From Clostridia bacterium (GTDB lineage: Bacteria > Bacillota > Clostridia > Oscillospirales > Acutalibacteraceae), in NCBI GenBank assembly GCA_017513525.1, contig JAFXFC010000023.1:5373-69372 (forward strand): DNA of 64,000 nt, given 5' to 3'. Below the pieces are notes generated by a model. That model saw only the letters and a list, made by a program, of their open reading frames with translations, had not been told where the DNA came from and made no database searches. The translations under genes and the position numbers were made by a program. Numbering within the stretch: position 1 is the stretch's first letter; the number at the start of each line of letters is the position of its first letter. Shown here in pieces: positions 47,749 to 55,905 of the stretch.

Positions 47749-48738
47749 ATGGAAATTGAGAAACTCTTTGAAAATACCCGTGATGCTCTGATTATAGCTT
47801 CACAGTATGGTGAAACGAAAGATGTACTGAAGGTTTGTGTTCAGAAATGTAAAAGCGATCCCGATTATCTTTACAAGAGAACAACCTGCCTTTATGAATC
47901 GTTTGATTATGCTATTCTGAGAGTGGCGAAAGATATTAAATCCGCTGATTGCATCATCTTTGAGGATGAAATTACTGCGAACGAGTTGATGAAATGTTTT
48001 TCGCTTGATGCTAAAAAGGTGTATTTGTTTTTCGAAGATATTGTATCTGAGATTTTGCCTGCAGAAAAAATAGCCCTGTTAAAAGGAAACAAAACCGTTG
48101 ATGATGTTTATGGATTGATTTTTGATGAAATAACTTCGAGCGGCGATATCCCCGAGCTTTTTACAGAGGTTGAAAAATGCCGTAGGACTATCAATGCTCT
48201 GCTTCGATATCATAATCTTCACAGCAATGCTCTTAAGTTAAAGCATAAGCACAGCAGCTACATAGAATATATCAGAGAGTTGCTTAAAAATGATGATAAT
48301 GTTGCAGTGCTGTATTTTGTGAATAAAAGAGGAATAGACAGCCTTTCGGGGGCAAAGCCTGATTCAGATGGTCTTCCCGGAGAGCGATTCTTTGCAACAG
48401 ACTGCAAAAATAATATTTCATCAAAAGAGCTGATTTTGGATTTTCTTGAAAATATAAAAACGGTCATTATTTTTGATGAAAATGAAAAAGAAATAATGGA
48501 ATATCTGAAAGATATTTTTGAAGATAATCCATTTAACTTTGATGTAATCAATCTTTTTAAATTCGCAAATGAAATGTTTGTGAATGTACCGGATGGGCTT
48601 TCTGTGTTGAATTATTACCTTTTGTCTTTTGATGTGTTATATGGTTGTTTCTGGGACAAGTTTGACAGATTAAACGACTATCACACATTACTTCGCTGTA
48701 TGCTCGCACACTATGAAAACATAGCAAAAAAGCTATGA
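47749..48738 (+). CDS. Hypothetical protein, paralog A of an unrecognised family
   Basis: 329 aa with an AGGAAG RBS. It aligns end to end with the 49070-50035 product. No recognisable motif. Confidence 0.8.
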   Translation: MEIEKLFENTRDALIIASQYGETKDVLKVCVQKCKSDPDYLYKRTTCLYESFDYAILRVAKDIKSADCIIFEDEITANELMKCFSLDAKKVYLFFEDIVSEILPAEKIALLKGNKTVDDVYGLIFDEITSSGDIPELFTEVEKCRRTINALLRYHNLHSNALKLKHKHSSYIEYIRELLKNDDNVAVLYFVNKRGIDSLSGAKPDSDGLPGERFFATDCKNNISSKELILDFLENIKTVIIFDENEKEIMEYLKDIFEDNPFNFDVINLFKFANEMFVNVPDGLSVLNYYLLSFDVLYGCFWDKFDRLNDYHTLLRCMLAHYENIAKKL

Positions 48739-48840
48739 TAAAAAACCTGTATGCTTACATAAACGGAGTTCCACCATAGCCATTTTGTCAGTTTTATCCT
48801 TTGTTTTAATTAGTCATAACATATTTATCCTTTGTTTTGT

Positions 48841-48882
48841 GATCCCTGAAGTTTGTGTCGGCTTCAGGGATCGCTTTTTTTT
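48841..48882 (+). terminator. Rho-independent terminator of paralog A
   Basis: GATCCCTGAAG tttgtgtcgg CTTCAGGGATC gc tttttttt. Confidence 0.8.
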
Positions 48883-49069
48883 GCAAATAATGCACAAGAG
48901 TGCGCCGTTTTCACGACGCACTCTTGCTTTGCTGATGGTTATAAAGGAGTTTTTTTGGAGAAATTATGTCAACACGTTAAGGGGCAAATGTTATGTAGAA
49001 AAACATACTTAAAAGATCCATCAGCTTTATCTCCAAGCATGTTACGAGCGAAATTTAAATATGGGTTAA

Positions 49070-50035
49070 TTATTCAGGAAGGTTATCTCTGACTTCTTTG
49101 TATTCTTCAATGAGGTTTTCTAAAATCAGAAGCAAATCCTTGTGCGTTTCGCCTTCAACACAAAAATCAAGCCAGCTTGACTGTAAAAATCTGCGGAAAA
49201 GTAATGATAAATCCGTCGGCGGAAGCTTAAAAATTTGAGAAGAAATATCTTTCAGATCAACTGTTATAAAATTAAATTGAGCATTGTGTTTTTTGTAAAT
49301 AGATTCTAAATATTGCGAAGCTTCATCACCATAACAAACGATGTATTTTATGTTATTGAACACATTCTGTATTCTGTTAAAATAATCATCTGAGGAGTTA
49401 TAATGATATCTACACTCAAAAATGCGGTTTTCTGTTGCTGTAAAGTTAGAGCAAATGTAGAAATTCTCATCATAAGTATTTTCAACAGTAGTAATTGAAG
49501 CAAACATTTCCGGGGATGCGTTTTGCTCAATAATATTATCAAGAATCTGATTTCTTTGTTTTATCGGAAAAACGTCTTTTGTAATGTAACGGAAAAACAG
49601 CAATTCGTTCGTCGCTGCAAGCAGTTGTCGTTGTGTGTCCCGGATATCTTCTTCACCTGCCGTCAGCAAAAAGAAAAGAGCGAATACATCCCGGGTAGTT
49701 GTTAAGTTGTTCTCTTCGAGAGCATATTTAGGAAGTATCTCTTTTGCTAAATCAATAATTGAAATAACGGTTTTCTTCGTTAAGTTAAATTGTTTGATCA
49801 GAATGTCTTTGGTTTCATCTGAATCGGTAACAATGTACTTGTTTTGTTTTAGCATCTTTTTTGCTTTACGGGGATTTTCATTAAGAAACTCCATGTGACT
49901 GTACTTATCCTGAAAGAAAGCATTATCGTTTATTGCTACTTCAATGGAAATAAGTTGTTTTTCTTTGTCTTCGGGATTGTTTATAACGACGAATGCCGCC
50001 TTTCTGCAGTTGATTAATTGTGATATTGATTCCAT
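49070..50035 (-). CDS. Hypothetical protein, paralog B of the same unrecognised family
   Basis: 321 aa with an AAAGGA RBS. It shares blocks with paralog A, for example ILIKQFNLTKKTVISIIDLAKEILP against ELMKCFSLDAKKVYLFFEDIVSEILP. Another is NIKYIVCYGDEASQYLESIY..FNF against NIKTVIIFDENEKEIMEYLKDIF..FNF. Confidence 0.8.
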   Translation of the reverse strand: MESISQLINCRKAAFVVINNPEDKEKQLISIEVAINDNAFFQDKYSHMEFLNENPRKAKKMLKQNKYIVTDSDETKDILIKQFNLTKKTVISIIDLAKEILPKYALEENNLTTTRDVFALFFLLTAGEEDIRDTQRQLLAATNELLFFRYITKDVFPIKQRNQILDNIIEQNASPEMFASITTVENTYDENFYICSNFTATENRIFECRYHYNSSDDYFNRIQNVFNNIKYIVCYGDEASQYLESIYKKHNAQFNFITVDLKDISSQIFKLPPTDLSLLFRRFLQSSWLDFCVEGETHKDLLLILENLIEEYKEVRDNLPE

Positions 50036-50286
50036 ATGTAGTCCTTTCTGATATACTGATTTTACTTGGAGAATTGATTTTCTCCATCCGTCAGTGTTTC
50101 ATTAAGAGTATGACAGATAGGAACATATAACAATTGAACAAATATGTAAAAATACGCTTTTTGTTGTATTTTTTTATTGTTTTTGCACTTAAAATCAACA
50201 CTTTTGCAGTCGAGCATTCAAAGTTATTGACAATTCACGGAATCGGTATTAAAATTAAATAAATTATAGAAAGGCAGGTGGACAAA

Positions 50287-50343
50287 ATGACAATGACTAT
50301 TATTTTACGAAATCGAAGTGCCGTTTTGTCCGTTTGCGATTGA
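50287..50343 (+). CDS. Candidate 18-aa leader peptide (MTMTIILRNRSAVLSVCD)
   Basis: ATG at 50287, preceded by AGGCAGGTGGAcaaa, with a stop at 50341-50343. Its codons 9-12 form one arm of an anti-terminator helix. Confidence 0.35.
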   Translation: MTMTIILRNRSAVLSVCD

Positions 50344-50406
50344 TGTAATACAATCTTTCTGAATTAGCAAGGCATCTTCGATTTTAGGAGGTGCCTTAAA
50401 TTTTTT
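50312..50406 (+). promoter_or_regulatory. Candidate transcription attenuator (mutually exclusive helices plus a U-tract) upstream of the GNAT operon
   Basis: Helix 1 pairs ATCGAAGTGCC (50312-50322) with GGCATCTTCGAT (50371-50382), giving 11 bp with a 1-nt bulge. Helix 2 pairs AAGGCAT (50369-50375) with GTGCCTT (50391-50397) and is followed by AAATTTTTT. The two helices share 50371-50375. Confidence 0.4.
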
Positions 50407-50422
50407 AGAAAGAGGTTGTTTT

Positions 50423-51421
50423 ATGTATTATGTAAAACCATTAGTGGTAGAAGATGTTCATTATGTAGCATCAATAATGTCTGAAACAAGTAACATTGCA
50501 GCTCTCCATTCAACATATCATTCGTTGTCAGAATGGAAATGTATTTTTGATAAAAATGCTTGTGATGCTGATGAAGAAAACTTTTTGATTTGTGTTGATA
50601 ACAATATCTGTGCTTGGTTGAAGCTAAACGGCTTGCTAAACGCCGATACAGCTTGGATATCAATGCTTGTTGTTGCAGATAAGTATAAGCATCAAGGTGT
50701 CGGAAAATTTGCTGTTGAATATGCTTTTGAATATCTGCATTCTAAAGGATTTAATCAAATCGGAGTTCAGACAACAAAAGATAATCTTGCAGCAATAAAT
50801 CTGTATAAGAAATATGGTTTCAATATTGTGGAACTTAAAAAGTTTAAAACAGAAGACGTCACAAAGACAAAAGCTTATCTTATGATGAAAACTCTGGAAC
50901 CAAAGAAATATTCACTTGTGATTCCTGATGAAACTTATAAAGAAGCATATATTCAAATGATGAACAAATGGGAGTCTGTTGAAGATAATATTCAGCCTGA
51001 ATTATTAAGACGGTACAGTAAAAGTTTAGGGGCAAATGTATCCTATTCAAAGTGGCTCGAATGGTGTGAGGATGACAGAACAACAGGTTCTATGTTGTCA
51101 ACAGGTGTTCCTTGTACTCTATACTTTTTTATTGATGATACAAGTGAAATATTAGGTGCAATTGAAATCAATCAGAAGAATACCCACAGAGGTCATCTGC
51201 ATGCAGGAATAGTACCTTGGCACAGAGGCAAGGGGCTTGGCACAAAAATACTTGAATCAGCCTTGGAAATTTGCAGAAATATGGGTATGACAAGTGTTGA
51301 TATTGTTCCGTATAAGACCAACAAATCAGCTATTAAAACTATACTCAAAAACGGCGGAATTTTAATAGATGAATTCTATGAAGACGAAAAATGGTCGCAA
51401 AGATACAGAGTATCATTATAA
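50423..51421 (+). CDS. Tandem double-GNAT N-acetyltransferase
   Basis: 332 aa. It has two acetyl-CoA-binding-like motifs: VVADKYKHQGVGKFAVEYAFEYL and VPWHRGKGLGTKILESALEICRNMG. Confidence 0.8.
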   Translation: MYYVKPLVVEDVHYVASIMSETSNIAALHSTYHSLSEWKCIFDKNACDADEENFLICVDNNICAWLKLNGLLNADTAWISMLVVADKYKHQGVGKFAVEYAFEYLHSKGFNQIGVQTTKDNLAAINLYKKYGFNIVELKKFKTEDVTKTKAYLMMKTLEPKKYSLVIPDETYKEAYIQMMNKWESVEDNIQPELLRRYSKSLGANVSYSKWLEWCEDDRTTGSMLSTGVPCTLYFFIDDTSEILGAIEINQKNTHRGHLHAGIVPWHRGKGLGTKILESALEICRNMGMTSVDIVPYKTNKSAIKTILKNGGILIDEFYEDEKWSQRYRVSL

Positions 51422-51432
51422 AGAGGTGTAAA

Positions 51433-52305
51433 ATGACAAAAACAATAAATGTATCAATAACAAACATACCTTCCATATCGGCAATTTATTATGCACTGTT
51501 ACAGTCGGGGTATGATTACTACGCTATCGGAAGAACACAAGAGCAAATCGAAGCAGTTAAATCATTTTACAAGCCTGAATTATCTTCCTGTTTCTTTTCA
51601 CAAGCAAAGCAAAACACTTGCGAAGCATATTCATATTGGCCGAGAGCAGCTTTATTGGAAACTGCCGTGTTTTATATGGATGCAGATTTAGCTCAGTTTT
51701 CGGATTTTGAATCTTATAAAGCATTTGTAATGACTGCAAGTAATTTGCAAGATATAGAAAGAGATGAAAATTTCTGGTCTTGGATTGCTGATTTCCCTAA
51801 GGAATTGAACAAGATTATAAATAGCGAGTCTTTTAATAGATATTTAATTTGGGAAAACACTTGGATAGAGGAACAAAACAAAGCGAATGCAGTGAATTTA
51901 AAAACTTTTCAGGAAATCATTAAAACTTGTATAAGCCATTACAATGCAAAAATTAGTAATATTAAAATAACATTATCTCCCATTAAATGTGCATATTCAA
52001 GTGATTATCACTTTGTAGACGGACAGTTTATTTTTAGTTCAGGTCAATTTAGTATAGAATCTTTAATACATGAGTTTTTGCATCAGATAGTTCATCCGCA
52101 TGTGTGTAAAAATCAAAATATAATTTTAGTGAACAAAAAAGTTTTTGATTGTATAGATTCTTCATATTACCTTTCCAATAGTGAAAACGGAAAACTTAAT
52201 GCCTTTGAGGAATATTTAGTAAAGGCATTAACAAGAGATTTTATAGACAAAACGCCACCGAATGACTTAGACAAATACATCGTATCTTTATTAAACGAGG
52301 TGTGA
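51433..52305 (+). CDS. Hypothetical protein with an HExxH motif (possible zinc-dependent hydrolase)
   Basis: 290 aa from the ATG at 51433, with RBS AAGAGGTG; the track starts at 51391. HEFLHQIVHPH is present. No family recognised. Confidence 0.6.
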   Translation: MTKTINVSITNIPSISAIYYALLQSGYDYYAIGRTQEQIEAVKSFYKPELSSCFFSQAKQNTCEAYSYWPRAALLETAVFYMDADLAQFSDFESYKAFVMTASNLQDIERDENFWSWIADFPKELNKIINSESFNRYLIWENTWIEEQNKANAVNLKTFQEIIKTCISHYNAKISNIKITLSPIKCAYSSDYHFVDGQFIFSSGQFSIESLIHEFLHQIVHPHVCKNQNIILVNKKVFDCIDSSYYLSNSENGKLNAFEEYLVKALTRDFIDKTPPNDLDKYIVSLLNEV

Positions 52306-52307
52306 AA

Positions 52308-53195
52308 ATGGCAAAACGAGTTGTAGTTGTTCCGTATAACGAACAATGGAAAACAGATTTTGAGATAATCAAGCAACATCTTTTTCCGGCAGTAAAAGAT
52401 TTAATAATCAGCATTGAACATATCGGCAGCACTTCTGTTGAAGGTCTTTCTGCGAAACCTATTATTGACATTGATATTGTTATCAAAGACTATTCTGTAT
52501 TTGATACAGTAGTTGAAAGATTAGCAATTCTCGGCTACATACACGAAGGAAATCTCGGCATAAAAGACAGAGAAGCTTTTAATTATAAAGGCAATATGGA
52601 TTTACCGAAGCATCATTTATATGTTTGTCCGCAATTTTCAGAAGAACTTCAAAGACATATTGCTTTCAGAGATTATCTGAAAAATAATTCCGAAGCCGTA
52701 CTGAAATACAGCAAGGTCAAAGAAGAAGGTGCAAAGTTATTCCCCGACAGCATAGATGATTATATTGCTTATAAATCACCTTTTATTGAAGAGATTTACA
52801 TGGAATGTAAATTAGAAGGATTTATCAAACAGCGGGATATAAAAGTAAGAAATGATGAACATTTGAGGGTTATCAAGTGTTTCTATCTATATCTCCGAAG
52901 CGTTTCAGGCGATGAACGATTACTGCCATCAGTTCTTGAAAAATTACTTGGCATTGATTTGACAAATATTTCAGTTGTTACGGCTTGTTTCAATGGTGTC
53001 AACGATGATAGCAAACCTCCTTGTGACAATGTTGATCTTTATATTAAGTTAAATAACGGCGTAAAAGTTTTTGTTTACGGCAGAAAACAGAGGCTTCCTA
53101 ATGTTCCGAAAGAAAATGAATATGTGATATTTTTTATTTCAGATAATTTGTCAAGTAATATTACTTATATAGAAAGTAATCAAATCATTGTGTGA
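52308..53195 (+). CDS. GrpB-family (nucleotidyltransferase-fold) protein with an extra C-terminal domain of about 120 aa
   Basis: VVVVPYNEQWKTDFEIIKQHL...IEHIGSTSVEGLSAKPIIDIDIV is the GrpB/UPF0157 signature. The ATG at 52308 follows GAGGTG; the track uses a GTG at 52302. Confidence 0.75.
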   Translation: MAKRVVVVPYNEQWKTDFEIIKQHLFPAVKDLIISIEHIGSTSVEGLSAKPIIDIDIVIKDYSVFDTVVERLAILGYIHEGNLGIKDREAFNYKGNMDLPKHHLYVCPQFSEELQRHIAFRDYLKNNSEAVLKYSKVKEEGAKLFPDSIDDYIAYKSPFIEEIYMECKLEGFIKQRDIKVRNDEHLRVIKCFYLYLRSVSGDERLLPSVLEKLLGIDLTNISVVTACFNGVNDDSKPPCDNVDLYIKLNNGVKVFVYGRKQRLPNVPKENEYVIFFISDNLSSNITYIESNQIIV

Positions 53196-53201
53196 CGTCA
53201 G

Positions 53202-53765
53202 GTGAAATGCACTAAAATTTGCACAACGCCTGTTTCGTTACCTAAAGGCTATAGCTTTAAGATGTATGATGTGGGTGATGAAAAATATTGGGCAAAACTT
53301 GAATATGAAATCGGTGATTTTTCATCCGTTGAAGAAGCTGAAATGTATTTCAAAACAAATTATTGCAATCAAATTGATGAACTGAAAAAACGTTGTGTGT
53401 TTGTTGCTGATGCTTATGGCGATGTTGTAGGTTCGTGTATCGCTTGGCACGATTTGAAAGGCAATGATACAGTCGCATCACTTCATTGGCTCGTTGTTTC
53501 CCCTGAACATCAAGGTAAACATATAGGTTTGACTCTTTGTCAAAAGGTAATGGATATATTCAAAGAGCGTGGTGAAACTCCCGTATATATTCATACGCAA
53601 CCGTGGAGTTATAAAGCAATCCTGCTCTATATTAAACTCGGCTTTAAAATTCAGAAAACTGAAACTTTTTCGCATTATGAGAATCAGTACAAAAAAGCCA
53701 TAAAAACTTTAGAAAATCTGCTTTCCGAAAGTCAGTTTAATCAAATTATTTTAAGTTCGGAGTAA
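53202..53765 (+). CDS. GNAT-family N-acetyltransferase
   Basis: 187 aa with LVVSPEHQGKHIGLTLCQKVMDIF. It has a GTG start, and the start position is uncertain. Confidence 0.75.
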   Translation: MKCTKICTTPVSLPKGYSFKMYDVGDEKYWAKLEYEIGDFSSVEEAEMYFKTNYCNQIDELKKRCVFVADAYGDVVGSCIAWHDLKGNDTVASLHWLVVSPEHQGKHIGLTLCQKVMDIFKERGETPVYIHTQPWSYKAILLYIKLGFKIQKTETFSHYENQYKKAIKTLENLLSESQFNQIILSSE

Positions 53766-53784
53766 AACATTCGGAGATACGAAA

Positions 53785-54246
53785 ATGCACATTGTAAGAA
53801 AAATAAAAACAACAGATTTGCTACTTTTAACTCAACTTTTCAATTACAAAGATGTCAATGACATGATTGCCGAAAACACAAGAGATATTGAAGCCGGTAT
53901 TATTGATATTTTCGCTTTGTTTGATGGGGCTAAAATTATCGGTGAATTAAGAGTAAAATACATTAGTGATGATAACCGCTTTACTGAAAAATGTAAACGA
54001 GCATATCTTTATGCTTTTCGTGTTCATCAGAAATATCAAGGCAAGGGATTAGGTAGTTTCTTGCTTGAAAATGTGTTGCTAATTCTTGCAGAAAATGGTT
54101 ATAGAGAATTTACCGTCGGTGTTGAAGATGATAATTTAAGAGCTCGTTATATGTACGAAAAGAACGGCTTTAAAGAACCTATTGCAAGAATAAAAGAAAG
54201 TTATCAGGGTGACAGTTATGAATATGATTTGTTGCTGAAGGCTTAA
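53785..54246 (+). CDS. GNAT-family N-acetyltransferase
   Basis: 153 aa with FRVHQKYQGKGLGSFLLENVL and YEKNGF. Confidence 0.8.
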   Translation: MHIVRKIKTTDLLLLTQLFNYKDVNDMIAENTRDIEAGIIDIFALFDGAKIIGELRVKYISDDNRFTEKCKRAYLYAFRVHQKYQGKGLGSFLLENVLLILAENGYREFTVGVEDDNLRARYMYEKNGFKEPIARIKESYQGDSYEYDLLLKA

Positions 54247-54276
54247 TTTTTTATTCTGACATAAGGAGCGACAATT

Positions 54277-55065
54277 GTGATTTATAGAGTAGATAATTTT
54301 ATAGAAAACAATATAAATCCTATAACAAAAAGTGAATATGATTCCTCTTGGTTAGTATTGGTTCTTTCTTCCGATATGGATACTGCTATGATTGTTGGTG
54401 CGAACAATGGTTGTGCTTATACCATAAAAATCAGTAAACAGCTTCACGATGATTGGAAAATGGCTATCGGTGATTTTATCGGATACTGCGATGCAAATAA
54501 TCTGAACGGCATTTTAGCAATTTCAGAAGATGAATATAATGATGTTCAAAGCTATTACGCAGGACACAATAATAATGAAACAACCTTGCGTGATTATGAA
54601 CCGAAAATTTTAGTGCACAGCACATCAATGGAGAATTGGCATCAGATACAAAAAGACGGTATGCTTAAAAGTTGGAACAGACTTAATATTACTAACAAAG
54701 AGCCTATTGGGAAGCAACTTGGAGACCCTGTTCATTTTAGTGATTACATAATGTTCGGTGGTGGTGTCAGCGGAGAAATCGTTGTTAATTCTAAACAATC
54801 AGGCAAAATTATAATGGATATTAATGCTGAATACAAAACAGGTGCAAGACTTTATTTTGATGCCGAGAAGATTGCAAAAGACGGGTTGCTTGTTCGTGAC
54901 GGTGCACATATGAAAGTCAAGGATTTCTTACCGCTTGAACCGTATCTTATTTGGGTAGCAACTTGGGATAGCATTGGATTGGAAAGTCAATTCTCCACAC
55001 CAAAAATATTTGCAGAATTGTCAAATGATAAGTTCGATGATTTTCAAATTTTCGATAAAACATGA
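54277..55065 (+). CDS. Hypothetical protein; the C-terminal half has weak ADP-ribosyltransferase/Tpt1-like features
   Basis: 262 aa with a GTG start 8 nt after AAGGAG. ILVHSTSMENWHQIQKDGMLKS resembles the H-x-T...G(L/M)L start of H-Y-E ART-fold proteins. This is a very tentative reading. Confidence 0.6.
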   Translation: MIYRVDNFIENNINPITKSEYDSSWLVLVLSSDMDTAMIVGANNGCAYTIKISKQLHDDWKMAIGDFIGYCDANNLNGILAISEDEYNDVQSYYAGHNNNETTLRDYEPKILVHSTSMENWHQIQKDGMLKSWNRLNITNKEPIGKQLGDPVHFSDYIMFGGGVSGEIVVNSKQSGKIIMDINAEYKTGARLYFDAEKIAKDGLLVRDGAHMKVKDFLPLEPYLIWVATWDSIGLESQFSTPKIFAELSNDKFDDFQIFDKT

Positions 55066-55073
55066 GGTAAATT

Positions 55074-55796
55074 ATGAAAAAGTTAGTTGACCAATGGGAT
55101 AAAGCAGCCAAGAAATATACACAAGACCAAGAACAGTCCGATTTTGTTGAAAGCAACAAACGGGTAGTCAAGACTCGTTTTCAAGATATGTCAGGTAAAA
55201 AAGTATTAGATTTGGGTTGCGGATACGGATATTATACCGATTATTTTCAAAGCATCGGAGCAAATGTAATAGGTGTTGACGGCTCTGCTAATATGATTGA
55301 TATTGCCCATTCACGCTATAAAAACTGTACTTTTGAAATATGTGATATTACAGAAGAACTGCCCTTTGTAAATGAAAGTTTTGATTTAATATTTTGCAAT
55401 CAGGTGCTAATGGATGTTGAAAATATAGAAAAAGTATTTTCTGAATGTTACAGAATGTTAAAGCCGGGCGGCATTTTTTACTACTCTATTGTACACCCTG
55501 CATTTTATGACAGTGAATGGGTTAAAGATAAGAAAGGCTTTTGTTACGGTAAAACTATCAGCTCATATATTGAACCTTATTCCTTTACAAATGAGTTTTG
55601 GGGCAAAACTGAACATTTCCATCGCTCTTTGGCTTACTATCTGAATGTAGCCGCAGAACAAGGTTTCTCATTAAGACATACTGAAGAACCTGTGTCATAT
55701 GACGGTGTAACAAAAAATAAAGATTTGCCGTTGTTTTTCTTTGCCGAGTATGAAAAGCTCAGCAAAAAAACTATCTCGCAAAATAAAGCAATATAA
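55074..55796 (+). CDS. Class I SAM-dependent methyltransferase
   Basis: 240 aa with VLDLGCGYGYYT (motif I), VIGVDGS and LKPGGIFYYS. Confidence 0.85.
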   Translation: MKKLVDQWDKAAKKYTQDQEQSDFVESNKRVVKTRFQDMSGKKVLDLGCGYGYYTDYFQSIGANVIGVDGSANMIDIAHSRYKNCTFEICDITEELPFVNESFDLIFCNQVLMDVENIEKVFSECYRMLKPGGIFYYSIVHPAFYDSEWVKDKKGFCYGKTISSYIEPYSFTNEFWGKTEHFHRSLAYYLNVAAEQGFSLRHTEEPVSYDGVTKNKDLPLFFFAEYEKLSKKTISQNKAI

Positions 55797-55865
55797 ACAA
55801 ACAATAAGAGACAAATAAGAGATATATAAGTTTTATATATATTGTAGTAAGTTGAAAAAAATGAG

Positions 55866-55905
55866 AAAAGGGGTGGGAACTGCGCTGCAGTTCTCACCCC
55901 TTTTC
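55866..55905. terminator. Bidirectional terminator between the methyltransferase and Rep genes
   Basis: aaaa GGGGTGGGAACTGC gct GCAGTTCTCACCCC tttt. Confidence 0.8.

Noticed and set aside
48785-49092. Two plus-strand ORFs of 75-79 aa between the convergent paralogs
   Set aside because: They span the terminator hairpins of the flanking genes, lack an RBS, and overlap each other in different frames.
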